64,000 nt of DNA from Promethearchaeota archaeon (GCA_048939995.1 JBHLOY010000002.1:224001-288000); one strand, 5' to 3'. Positions 8,644-18,307 are shown, counted from the first letter of the stretch. Numbers and translations are program-made. The notes: generated by a model not told the origin, from the letters alone.

Positions 8644-10356
8644 ATGATTAAAATGATAGAAAAAGCTTCTTCTAAAAAAAGATTTCCTAATATCAAAGAA
8701 TTCAAGAAAATAATCATAGTTGGAGGGTCAATAATAAGCTTAGCGATAGTTGGGATTATAAGTGGAATTATTATTATGGGAGATATCCCGCAAGGAGGTA
8801 TTCTTAAAGTAGGTATAACTAAACCTATTGGAGAAATTGACCCTCTTATGTATAGCTTTTCTTCAGAAGAAATAGTAATTAATCATGTTACCGAGACGTT
8901 ATTTGATAATATTTATATAGGTGGTAAATCTCAAACTCTTCCTCATCTAGCATTAGATGGAAATTGGAGTTCGGACTACCTAAATTTCACATGCACACTT
9001 AGAAAGAATGTCATGTTCCATGACGGAACGCCATTTAATGCTGCAGCCGTTAAATGGAACTTCGATAGAATTCCTCAAATTATCGATCCATCACTTCCAG
9101 ATTGGTATTGGTGGGCTTACCTATTTCTTTTACCAGATGGGCGCTGGATTGTAAATAAAACTCTAGTCTTAGATTCCCATATTGTAAAATTTGTTTTAAA
9201 TGATGTTTTTGTACCTTTTCGAGAATTATTAACTCATAGTACTACAAGTATTTTATCACCATCATCAACCCCTGCGGATAAACCCCTAAATATACACATT
9301 GATAATTTAGTTGGAACCGGTCCTTTTATATATGATGGTTATGAACCTAATGTCAATATGTCATTATCTCCTAATCAGAATTACTGGGGAGCAAAACCTA
9401 AAATTGATGAGGTAATTTTAAAGTTTTATTCTCCAACTAATCGTACTAATCGTATTAATATTTTATGGAATGCGCTTTTAGCAGGAGAAATTCATATAGT
9501 AGACCGAGATTTTATTAAGTTTTTAATAATGTACTATCCAGACCGATCTATCGAACTCCTTAAAGGAGTTGCAGGAATTACAGTTCAACAAAAGCCTACT
9601 ATAAGCAATTATTATGTTTTTTTTTATCCTAAACTTGTTAATAGTACAATGAGAAAGGCAATATCTTATGCAATTAACTATTCTAATATACTTGAAATAG
9701 TTCCTAACTCTATAACAGCCAGATCCCCAATTCCAGAAGGTATCTCTTACTCTAACATTACTGGTATTGACATTCCTTATTATAACATTTCAAAGGCGAG
9801 ACAGATGTTAATTGACGAAGGTTGGCCTGGAACAGCGGGTTTAACGGCAAATGACAATATTACAGCAGGAAACGAATGGGAACAATTAGTAACTAATGGA
9901 TCCCCTCTTGCAATATATAATTTATCTTATTATACAGAGAATCCATACAATGAATTACCACCAATTCCTTTTCCAGAAAATCTTAAACAAATTGGAGTCA
10001 ATGTATCATGTCGATCAATTTGGAGTGGTGCTCCGTCTCAACTTGAAACATTAATGTGGATGTATGACTATAACGATCCACACACTGGTATTATGATGGA
10101 TTATCATTCAAAATGGACTTTATGGACCGACTTTAATGTTAGTGTATTAGATGAATTGATAGAAGAAGGAATTAAGGAGATAAACCCTGTTTTAAGAGAA
10201 GCGATATACTATAATATTCAAAAACTTATAATCGAGGAAATTTGTCCTGTTATATTTACTCTCTCTCCACGAAATTTAGATATATATGCATCAAATTTAA
10301 TGGACTGGCAAATTTATCCATTCAAAATAGTATTTAAAACAGTTCACTTCGTCTAA
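8644..10356 (+). CDS. ABC transporter substrate-binding protein, family 5 (DppA/OppA-like), membrane anchored
   Basis: N-terminal TM; ETLF, LRKNVMFHDGTPFNAAAVKWNFDR, VGTGPF, RKAISYAINY. Confidence 0.92.
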   Translation: MIKMIEKASSKKRFPNIKEFKKIIIVGGSIISLAIVGIISGIIIMGDIPQGGILKVGITKPIGEIDPLMYSFSSEEIVINHVTETLFDNIYIGGKSQTLPHLALDGNWSSDYLNFTCTLRKNVMFHDGTPFNAAAVKWNFDRIPQIIDPSLPDWYWWAYLFLLPDGRWIVNKTLVLDSHIVKFVLNDVFVPFRELLTHSTTSILSPSSTPADKPLNIHIDNLVGTGPFIYDGYEPNVNMSLSPNQNYWGAKPKIDEVILKFYSPTNRTNRINILWNALLAGEIHIVDRDFIKFLIMYYPDRSIELLKGVAGITVQQKPTISNYYVFFYPKLVNSTMRKAISYAINYSNILEIVPNSITARSPIPEGISYSNITGIDIPYYNISKARQMLIDEGWPGTAGLTANDNITAGNEWEQLVTNGSPLAIYNLSYYTENPYNELPPIPFPENLKQIGVNVSCRSIWSGAPSQLETLMWMYDYNDPHTGIMMDYHSKWTLWTDFNVSVLDELIEEGIKEINPVLREAIYYNIQKLIIEEICPVIFTLSPRNLDIYASNLMDWQIYPFKIVFKTVHFV

Positions 10357-10417
10357 TATATGCCAAGCACATTGGTCTAAAAAACCATAAAAAAATTAAA
10401 AAATTTTTAACATAAAT

Positions 10418-11467
10418 TTATTCAATATAGGGTATACTTGTCAGATCCATGTCAAAATTTCCCTCTAGGATTTCAAACCTGATATTGTAATAATACTTAA
10501 CGATGTTAAGTAGTAAATCATCTGATGTAAAATAAAAAATACCCTCATATGTAGTATGTGCAATACGATTGAAATCAAAACCCTTTACAAGCGGACAGAT
10601 CAGACCAGGAACCTGCAATACACAAGTAGGAAATCCACTTTTATCCATGAATTCCCCTCCGTAGGGAATTTCAAGCATTGCACCAATATCAGCGCTACTA
10701 TCCTCATAAAGAACAAATATCTCTCCATTATTAACTTTGAATATCCCTGTTATGTTAGCACCAATATCTCTATATTGAAGAACTTCAATATCTATATTAC
10801 CCTCTCTAATGTTTATGTCCCAACTACTATTTTGAGCATATTGTACATCATTTGACTTGAAAATTAAATTTCCATCATTTATATTTCCAATTATGTTTCC
10901 TTGAATTGAACAGTGCTCAAAATTATACAAAATATTTCCATTGGAGACGTTTGTTAATAAATCTCTAAAGGAAACGCCATAAGGAATAGTTATTTCAAAG
11001 TTTCCTTTAGTTAGATTGGTAATAATATCAAATACAATATCTTTTCTAATATTTACAACGATGCTTATTTCTTTCTTTAACCAATATAGTGGATTAAACC
11101 AATCATCTGATATTATCTCCATTCTAAAATCTACTGGAAAACTTGAATTGTTCCAAGAAATGTTTAAATAATCATTGTACGATTGACCTGCTAAATTTTC
11201 CCCAATCAAGGCAATATTTACGTCTATTAACACGTAATAATCAACTGGGGGATCAATATATCTTATTTCTACATTTCCCTCATCAGCGTTAATGTACAAC
11301 TTTTCAATAGATGCTGGTGAGCTTGGTTCATAAGTAAAAGAACAAGATTCGTAAATATGGTCATACAATGAAGACCTGAATGATAATAATTGGATTGGAA
11401 TAATTATTATAAGGGAACCCCATAAAATAACCAATATAGCTACTCCAATAACAATTTTTTTCGCCAT
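10418..11467 (-). CDS. Membrane-anchored extracellular beta-rich protein (DUF4097/adhesin-like)
   Basis: N-terminal TM; repeated GN[IFL]-x-[hydrophobic] strands; paralog of 1..686. Confidence 0.75.
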   Translation of the reverse strand: MAKKIVIGVAILVILWGSLIIIIPIQLLSFRSSLYDHIYESCSFTYEPSSPASIEKLYINADEGNVEIRYIDPPVDYYVLIDVNIALIGENLAGQSYNDYLNISWNNSSFPVDFRMEIISDDWFNPLYWLKKEISIVVNIRKDIVFDIITNLTKGNFEITIPYGVSFRDLLTNVSNGNILYNFEHCSIQGNIIGNINDGNLIFKSNDVQYAQNSSWDINIREGNIDIEVLQYRDIGANITGIFKVNNGEIFVLYEDSSADIGAMLEIPYGGEFMDKSGFPTCVLQVPGLICPLVKGFDFNRIAHTTYEGIFYFTSDDLLLNIVKYYYNIRFEILEGNFDMDLTSIPYIE

Positions 11468-11587
11468 TTTTAAATCTATTAATTACAAACAATTAATTCT
11501 ACAATCAATTAGATAAGGTAATTATCTATTTAAATTAATCCCTCAACACTTTTTTTTTTTGACCCTAAAACAGTACAAATTTTAAAA

Positions 11588-11628
11588 TTCGAACTTTGCG
11601 CGAAGTTTCAAAGTCAAATCTAAAAATA
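11588..11628 (+). promoter_or_regulatory. 41-bp conserved motif, copy 4, ~50 bp upstream of 11681
   Basis: TTCGAACTTTGCGCGAAGTTTCAAAGTCAAATCTAAAAATA. Confidence 0.78.
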
Positions 11629-11680
11629 AGATTGTCGACCAAATATCAATCACAGCAATTTAAAAAAAAAGTGAAATCAA

Positions 11681-12478
11681 ATGAACAAAACATATAGAGG
11701 ACTTTTATCAATAACATGTTTAGCAATTTTTGGGATTTTAATCATGGGCGCTATACCAGCAGTACAGGGAGCCTCTTCGATTCAAAGGCCACTTGATGAT
11801 TGGTTTTATGATGTCTTTGGTTTCGATATGAATTATCATGTAGGAGGTTGGGTTGATGGATATCAGGTAAGACCTCAAGGCATAGATTATGATACGACTA
11901 CTGATGAGTGGATCTATCAACCGATTTGGGAATGTACATATGATGGCTATATCCTTGATAGAGATATGCATGATGGCCGACATATGATTACAGTTAATAT
12001 TAACGTCAAAAATGCTCCAGTTATCGTTGCTCCACCTTTTGGGAGTGGAGGATACTATTGGGTCTTCCAAGGTACTATGAATTATAATTATGAATATAAA
12101 TTCATAGTAGATCTAGCAGAATGGGCTTGGTGGTTGATTTTTTTGGAATTTGATGATGATGGCTTTGATGAAAATGGAAATATCCTGTTACCTAGATGGG
12201 ATATACCTATGGTTTATGGCTCAATCTTCGGATTTGAATTCATTTCAGTGCATTTTCATGGCGAAGGAGAAGGAACAATAGTCAATTACTGGGATGAATC
12301 CTGGGTGGGAAATGGAGATCGTATTTGGGAACCAGATGAATCAGCAAAATTGAGTACCAATATGCTTGGACTTGTAAAGGATGATTTTAAACTAGATCAT
12401 CCCAATTATTGGCCCTCTGAATATTCTAGTATACCTTGGAGTGTATTATGGGCAGTTGACTTTGTAAAATTACATTAA
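11681..12478 (+). CDS. Secreted acidic/aromatic-rich hypothetical protein; paralog of 7596..8366
   Basis: Signal peptide ending AVQG/A; shared motif blocks with 7596..8366. Confidence 0.85.
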   Translation: MNKTYRGLLSITCLAIFGILIMGAIPAVQGASSIQRPLDDWFYDVFGFDMNYHVGGWVDGYQVRPQGIDYDTTTDEWIYQPIWECTYDGYILDRDMHDGRHMITVNINVKNAPVIVAPPFGSGGYYWVFQGTMNYNYEYKFIVDLAEWAWWLIFLEFDDDGFDENGNILLPRWDIPMVYGSIFGFEFISVHFHGEGEGTIVNYWDESWVGNGDRIWEPDESAKLSTNMLGLVKDDFKLDHPNYWPSEYSSIPWSVLWAVDFVKLH

Positions 12479-12508
12479 ATTGCTAAAAGAAATTGCTTTC
12501 AATATTAT

Positions 12509-12594
12509 ATATAGAACTGGAGGATTATGACTAAAGAGAGGGCGTTCCAAGAGACTTTATTATAATTCCTCCTTTTCTATATTCCTTTTTTTTT
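12509..12594 (+). terminator. Stem (ATATAGAA..GGAGGA / TCCTCC..TTCTATAT) followed by T9
   Basis: 12519-12524 complements 12567-12572; outer arm also pairs; T-run 12586-12594. Confidence 0.6.
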
Positions 12595-12630
12595 CTATGT
12601 AAGATAAATTTAATATGTTAAGTTAAATAA

Positions 12631-13182
12631 TTGAAATTGATGATACATATTACTTATTTCGTTCATGGTACTTCTATTCATAACAAGAAAGGAATAGTTG
12701 CTGGATGGAAGGGTAGTAAACTTTCTAATAAAGGTAAAAAACAAGCAAAAAAATTAGGATTTTTAGTATCTGATAAAAAATTTGATGTAATTTTTAGCTC
12801 AGATTTAACAAGAGCTATTGAAACCGCTAAATTAGTCTTCTCGAATAAATACAGTATAATTGAAGACAAAAGGTTACGAGAAATTAATTTTGGAGATTAT
12901 ACCAATTTAAGAGTTGCACTATTAAAACCTAAACAAATTAATTATATAGATAATCCGTTTCCTTCTGGTGAAAGCTATAAGGATGTAGAAACCAGGATGG
13001 CAGATTTTCTTAATTTTTTAAAAAATGATTATCAAAATAAACATGTAGTTATTGTGGCACACCAAGCACCCCAGTTAGCTTTAGAAGTGTTATTAAATAA
13101 TAAAACTTGGATTCAAGCCTTCAATGAAGATTGGAGAGTTAAAGGGGAATGGCAACCAGGGTGGGAATATATAATTAATTAA
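12631..13182 (+). CDS. Histidine phosphatase (phosphoglycerate mutase) superfamily protein; likely start ATG 12640
   Basis: VHG (for RHG), SSDLTRAIETA, RLREINFG, GES, IVAH. Confidence 0.85.
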   Translation: MKLMIHITYFVHGTSIHNKKGIVAGWKGSKLSNKGKKQAKKLGFLVSDKKFDVIFSSDLTRAIETAKLVFSNKYSIIEDKRLREINFGDYTNLRVALLKPKQINYIDNPFPSGESYKDVETRMADFLNFLKNDYQNKHVVIVAHQAPQLALEVLLNNKTWIQAFNEDWRVKGEWQPGWEYIIN

Positions 13183-13205
13183 TGATCTTTCTTTTTGATG
13201 ATTTT

Positions 13206-14156
13206 TTAGATATTGAATCCATCGTCAAAATCATCAAACTCATCCTCATCGATTTCAACATCAAATCTCTCTACTTCCTTTTCTTTAAGCTTTTTCTTAA
13301 GTTCTCTTCGTTCTTTGTGGGTTTGATCATAACGTTTAATGTAGACTTTTTCATATTTTTCCCGTAGTTTCTCTACACTCTCAACTTGTCCAATTTTATC
13401 TTGTAATCCATCTTCAAAAAACCAATTCCTTTTAAATTCTTTAGCTGGAATCCCAACATAAATATAATTGTCTTTTAGTATTTGCCCTACTGTTGTAACT
13501 GAATTAGCTGCTAGTACACTTCGTTTTCCAATATGAGTTCCTGGCATTACTATTGCATGTGAACCGATTCTGACATCATCTTCGATTACAGTCTTGCGAA
13601 TAATTAGTAAATTGCCTATAATAACGCTAGATTGGATTATAGCCCCTTGACCAACAACGCAATTCTTTCCGAACTCTATAAATTCTGTATCCACCCAACC
13701 TTCAAAGAGCGAATTTGAAAACTTGGTTTTAACAGAGAAGACTTTAAAACAAACATTATCTAAAAAGGGGAACGGAAATTTATGTGCCAACCAAAAAGGA
13801 AATCTCTTAATTGTGCTTCTCAGGCTCCAATAACGATAGTCTTTATCAGATCGATGCCTAAGGAAAGTCCCTTGACGTGGTTTATGAATTGCATTTACTA
13901 TTACAAGAATAATTTTTGCAAAAAAGATAGCAGAAAATACCGCAGTAACATACATAACAAAACATAAGAGTGGTAAAAAAGTATAGAAATGAATTGGTCT
14001 TACATAATCCCATAACCATTGCCAATATGCCCAAAATTCAAGCAAAATTGGCAAAATTGAAGCCCAAATTATAATAATATAAAATGTTAAATATCGTTTC
14101 TTCACTAAAACCGTCGGTAAGAACGGCCCTACCCTCATCGTATTCGGAACTGACAT
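13206..14156 (-). CDS. 2TM + hexapeptide (left-handed beta-helix) acyltransferase-like protein, class C
   Basis: Two TM helices, KPRQGTFLR..DYRYW, FGKNCVVGQGAII, IEDDVRIGSHAIVMPGTHIG, YVGIPA. Confidence 0.8.
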   Translation of the reverse strand: MSVPNTMRVGPFLPTVLVKKRYLTFYIIIIWASILPILLEFWAYWQWLWDYVRPIHFYTFLPLLCFVMYVTAVFSAIFFAKIILVIVNAIHKPRQGTFLRHRSDKDYRYWSLRSTIKRFPFWLAHKFPFPFLDNVCFKVFSVKTKFSNSLFEGWVDTEFIEFGKNCVVGQGAIIQSSVIIGNLLIIRKTVIEDDVRIGSHAIVMPGTHIGKRSVLAANSVTTVGQILKDNYIYVGIPAKEFKRNWFFEDGLQDKIGQVESVEKLREKYEKVYIKRYDQTHKERRELKKKLKEKEVERFDVEIDEDEFDDFDDGFNI

Positions 14157-14162
14157 ACTTTT

Positions 14163-16055
14163 TCAATCCTCCTTTGTTTTTACTAACTTAAGTTTATCCT
14201 CATCAATATTTACATCATGCTCTACTTCAAACTTCTCAGAATCGTCAACTTCTCTCTTTATTATGATATCCCGTCGTTCTTCAGCATATTTGTTCTCTTT
14301 CAACTTAATTGCTGGAATTCCAAAATATACCCATGCAGGTTCTAGAATTTGATTGACTGTGGTACTTGAAATTGCACCGATGACAGAATCATTCCCCATA
14401 ATTGTTCCTGGGGCTATAGTTGTATGGCCACCCACTAAGACGTAATCTCCAAATATTACCGGCTTTACAATTAAATATTTGCCAACAATCATCGAGGACA
14501 TGATTGTAGCACCTTGACCTATCAAATTCTTTCTTCCAAATGTGATAAATTCACCATCACACCACGCATCATTAAGATGACTCGAGAAATCCATTTTAGT
14601 ACCAAACCATCTAAATGCTAGTACATCTAACCAAGGAAGTGGAGAATTTCTTAAAAGCCACAAAGCAATTTTCTTTAATTCTGTACGAAGAAGCCAAAAT
14701 TCATAGTCCATATCTCTGAGTTGAGCCAGAAAGATTCCCTCCTTAGGATGGTGGATTAGATTTACAAGAATTAATAATAATTTGCTAAAAAGTAAAACTC
14801 CAAGAATAAATATGTATGACATAAAAAGAATTGCTATTGGAAGATATAAAAGTGAGTTTATATGAAAATCATATAGATATAAATGCCATCCTTTTGTTAA
14901 TTCATACCAAAACAAGCAAATAAACAGGCCTGTCAACCATAAGATTGGCAAGTATACTGCTAAGAATTTAATATTGACTCTACTTATTGCACTTGTTGTA
15001 GTAAAATCCAAAGCAAGATCTTCACTTTTTAGATTATCAATATCAATATGTTCAAGATCATCAACATCATGCAATTCTTCTTCTAAGTCTTCCTCTTCTT
15101 CAAATTCCTCTACTTTGATAAGAGATTCTTTTTCATTTTCTTTCATTTTTTCTTTTTTCTTTTTCTTGATATAATTTTCTGGATTTTCGTTTTTTATTAA
15201 ATCTTCTTCAGTTAACCCTAACCAATTCATAATCTTTTTCTTAAAAATCTTTCTCAGAGGAAGACCAAAATAATAATTGTTTTCTCCCTTGAGAACGCTA
15301 TGTGCATTAGTAGATGACAATGGAAGTAAATAAGCATCGCTTTTAATCTCAGAACCTGGTCCAATCTGATTCATAGCAGCAAGAGTAACATTGTCTCGCA
15401 AATAAATTCGAAAATAATTAATATTACCAAATATTCCAGTAAGAATGTGACTAGCTAATGTCGAATTAACTCCTATATAGCAGTTTTTGCCCACGTCTAT
15501 AAACTTATCGGACCCTACCGACTCTTCTATTGTTGTACCCTTCCCTACCTTAGAATCAATCTGCCTAAGATACCACTTTGATATCCAAGGAAATGCTCCT
15601 TTATTAAAAACATTTTTCCCGTATTTATAAATAAAACTCCTTAAATGGTAATAGTTTGCAGTTTTACTCTTAATATTTCTGGGGATAATCCCATCTTTTG
15701 AAGGAGAAATCTTTTCTGTAATTGCCCAAAAAATTCGTGTGATGATTCCTATCAAAAGTAACCTAACCAAATAGCAGGCTATTATGACTAAGGGCATACA
15801 TAATAGAGAAAGTAAAGGTCCTAACTCCGTAAATATGGAAATGAAATTAGCCGTTTCCAAAAAATTAGGGAGAAAAATGAAGAGAACATAAGCAAAGAAT
15901 ATGAAGCCGGGTACTAGCCAAGAACCATAATAAATAATTAAAAAAATCGTAATATAGAGATGAAATTGAAGGCTAACTTCTTCCTTAACCACTTCTTCTT
16001 CATTATTATTATCTGAATCTTCATTCTTTCCTGAATCTTCAGACATTGTTTTCAT
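14163..16055 (-). CDS. Fused double [2TM + LbH] protein, classes A+B
   Basis: Two modules (VGKGTTIE..VGKNCYIG..YFGLP; FGRKNLIGQGA..GGHTTIAPGTIMG..YFGIP) joined by a K/E-rich linker. Confidence 0.8.
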   Translation of the reverse strand: MKTMSEDSGKNEDSDNNNEEEVVKEEVSLQFHLYITIFLIIYYGSWLVPGFIFFAYVLFIFLPNFLETANFISIFTELGPLLSLLCMPLVIIACYLVRLLLIGIITRIFWAITEKISPSKDGIIPRNIKSKTANYYHLRSFIYKYGKNVFNKGAFPWISKWYLRQIDSKVGKGTTIEESVGSDKFIDVGKNCYIGVNSTLASHILTGIFGNINYFRIYLRDNVTLAAMNQIGPGSEIKSDAYLLPLSSTNAHSVLKGENNYYFGLPLRKIFKKKIMNWLGLTEEDLIKNENPENYIKKKKKEKMKENEKESLIKVEEFEEEEDLEEELHDVDDLEHIDIDNLKSEDLALDFTTTSAISRVNIKFLAVYLPILWLTGLFICLFWYELTKGWHLYLYDFHINSLLYLPIAILFMSYIFILGVLLFSKLLLILVNLIHHPKEGIFLAQLRDMDYEFWLLRTELKKIALWLLRNSPLPWLDVLAFRWFGTKMDFSSHLNDAWCDGEFITFGRKNLIGQGATIMSSMIVGKYLIVKPVIFGDYVLVGGHTTIAPGTIMGNDSVIGAISSTTVNQILEPAWVYFGIPAIKLKENKYAEERRDIIIKREVDDSEKFEVEHDVNIDEDKLKLVKTKED

Positions 16056-16209
16056 CTGATTTAAGTTTGAAATGTATAAATAAATTGGTAATTAATTTTT
16101 ACTTAAAATTACTACACTATATTTATAATAGTTATTTTTTTTATCTTTTAAAGTTATATGTGTTAACATTTTCATGATTTTTTTGGATTTATAATAAGTT
16201 TCATCTGGA

Positions 16210-16614
16210 ATGAACATGAAAAGCATGAAAGAAATATGTAAAAATTGTGGAATCTGTTGTCAGAACACAGAAATGTTGTTATCAGAACAAGACATTCGGT
16301 TAATTGAAGAGAAATTGTTGAATATAACTAGAAATGATTTTACAGAATTAAATGAAAGAGGAATGCATCAATTAAAAAATAAAAATAGTCATTGTGTCTT
16401 TTTGGATAATAGCTCAAAAATGTGTACTATATACAAAATCAGACCCCAAGGTTGCAGATTTTATCCCATAGTATATGACTATAATAAAAAAGTGTGCCTT
16501 TATGATAGAGACTGCCCAAGGGTTAAAAAATTTTACTTAGATGACTATAAATTCAAAAAAGTATGCGAAAAAATTAAAAATTTTATTAAATCGGGATTAA
16601 AAGTTAAATTATAA
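16210..16614 (+). CDS. YkgJ family cysteine-cluster (Fe-S/Zn) protein
   Basis: CKNCGICC...CVFL...CTIYKIRPQGCRFYP. Confidence 0.88.
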   Translation: MNMKSMKEICKNCGICCQNTEMLLSEQDIRLIEEKLLNITRNDFTELNERGMHQLKNKNSHCVFLDNSSKMCTIYKIRPQGCRFYPIVYDYNKKVCLYDRDCPRVKKFYLDDYKFKKVCEKIKNFIKSGLKVKL

Positions 16615-17608
16615 AAATGCTTTTAATGTGATCTCTATTTCTATAAGAATTAAATGCCTCTGAGAATTTTACTAAAGGAAATTCTTTCGAAATTAGATTT
16701 TTAACTTTAATCTTGCCCAACTTTATAGCTTCTATTGCTTTTTCGAAAGGACCACATCTGCTTGTATACAATATAATCTCTCTTACAACCAAATCTGTTA
16801 AATTTATCATTGAATCTAACCCATGTGTGCTCTTTATATGAATTTTACCTCGCGTTCTAGTAGAGGCAATGATGTCAGAAATTGCATTTGGATTTCCAGT
16901 AGCATCCAAAGTTATGTCCGCTCCTAAATTATTTGTAACTTCTTTAATGTAATTGGGTATGTTTTTTACTTGTAAACGGTTTATAAGAGTTTTAGCCCCT
17001 AAGTTTTTTGCTAATTTGAGTTTTGTTTCAGACCCATCAATTATAATTACTTCAAGGCCTTTAAGAATAGCGATTTGAGTAATTAATAAACCCAATTTCC
17101 CCGCACCAAAAATCGCTATAGTTCGATCCTGATTCCCTATAGGCATCATTTCAAACGTCTGATAAGCCGCGGCTAAGGGTTCGATAAAGGAAGCTTCCTT
17201 AAATGAAATATTTTCAGGAACTTCATGTAATAAATAGGAATCGACTGCAATATAATTAGCGAAAGCCCCATCAATGTCGATTCCTATAGCTTTTCGCGAT
17301 ACACATTGGGAGAAAATCTTCTGTTGACAAAAATTACAATCAAAATCAATGTTAGCATTTATTTCAGAGGTAACTTTTTTCCCCAGCCACTTAGTACTAA
17401 CTTTCCTTCCTAGCTCTACAATTTCGCCTGAAAATTCATGCCCCAAAACAATTGGTACAGGTGTACTTAACTCTCCTTTTGAGATTGCTAAATCAGTTCC
17501 ACATATTCCCGCAACTTTAACTTCAATTAAAACTTGATTAGCATTGATCTTAGGCTTTTGAAATTCTTTTAATGCTAATTCTTTTCCATCGAATACTATG
17601 GCTTTCAT
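16604..17608 (-). CDS. Zn-dependent medium-chain alcohol dehydrogenase (threonine/sorbitol DH-like)
   Basis: GICGTD, LGHEFSG, EPLAAA, GAGKLG. Confidence 0.9.
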   Translation of the reverse strand: MKAIVFDGKELALKEFQKPKINANQVLIEVKVAGICGTDLAISKGELSTPVPIVLGHEFSGEIVELGRKVSTKWLGKKVTSEINANIDFDCNFCQQKIFSQCVSRKAIGIDIDGAFANYIAVDSYLLHEVPENISFKEASFIEPLAAAYQTFEMMPIGNQDRTIAIFGAGKLGLLITQIAILKGLEVIIIDGSETKLKLAKNLGAKTLINRLQVKNIPNYIKEVTNNLGADITLDATGNPNAISDIIASTRTRGKIHIKSTHGLDSMINLTDLVVREIILYTSRCGPFEKAIEAIKLGKIKVKNLISKEFPLVKFSEAFNSYRNRDHIKSIFII

Positions 17609-17770
17609 AATTTATAGAGTAATTTTAATATTATAAATAAAAAAATTTAATTTCTCAAATTAATATTAAGATTCAGATAAAGCATTTTTATGTAAAATAA
17701 GCCTTACTTACTTTAATTATCTTTATTTTATATCTATTAGAATTCTATTAAATATTATAAAAGTGATTTC

Positions 17771-18307
17771 ATGCAAAAAACTATATTAACATGGGAAATT
17801 ATTGGTATGGTCTTTATTACTTTTTTAGGATCTTTTCTCCATTTCCTCTTTGAATTATCAGGATATTTTCCACCGATTGGAGCGATAGCCGCAGTAAACG
17901 AAAGTGTATGGGAACATTTAAAACTTGGATATTGGCCATTAGTACTTTATTCTTTAATTGAGTATCGATTTATTAGAGATAAGTCAAATAATTTTGTAAT
18001 CGCAAAGGCAGTTGCTGCTTTTGTAATACCTGTCGTAATTATTGTGTTCTTTTACTCGTATACCGCAATTCTAGGGACTGATTTACTATTCTTGGATATT
18101 TTTAGCTTTGTTTTAGCAATTATAATTGCTCAATTAGTCAGTTATAAAATTTTAACTTTACCTAAAATCTCAAATGCGTACACCATTATTTCTTGGATAT
18201 CAATTATCACACTTGGAATCTTATTTGTAGTATTTACTTATTTTCCGCCTTACTTTCCTCTTTTTGAAGATCCAATAACAAATTCCTATGGAATTGTAAT
18301 TCACTAA
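17771..18307 (+). CDS. Membrane protein (DUF6512-like)
   Basis: GSFLHFLFE, VNESVWEHLKL, FTYFPP..PLFEDP. Confidence 0.7.
   Translation: MQKTILTWEIIGMVFITFLGSFLHFLFELSGYFPPIGAIAAVNESVWEHLKLGYWPLVLYSLIEYRFIRDKSNNFVIAKAVAAFVIPVVIIVFFYSYTAILGTDLLFLDIFSFVLAIIIAQLVSYKILTLPKISNAYTIISWISIITLGILFVVFTYFPPYFPLFEDPITNSYGIVIH

Noticed and set aside
803-11628. 41-bp repeats as CRISPR repeats or transposon ends
   Set aside because: Kilobases apart, degenerate, mixed orientation, no spacers, cas or transposase genes; position fits operators
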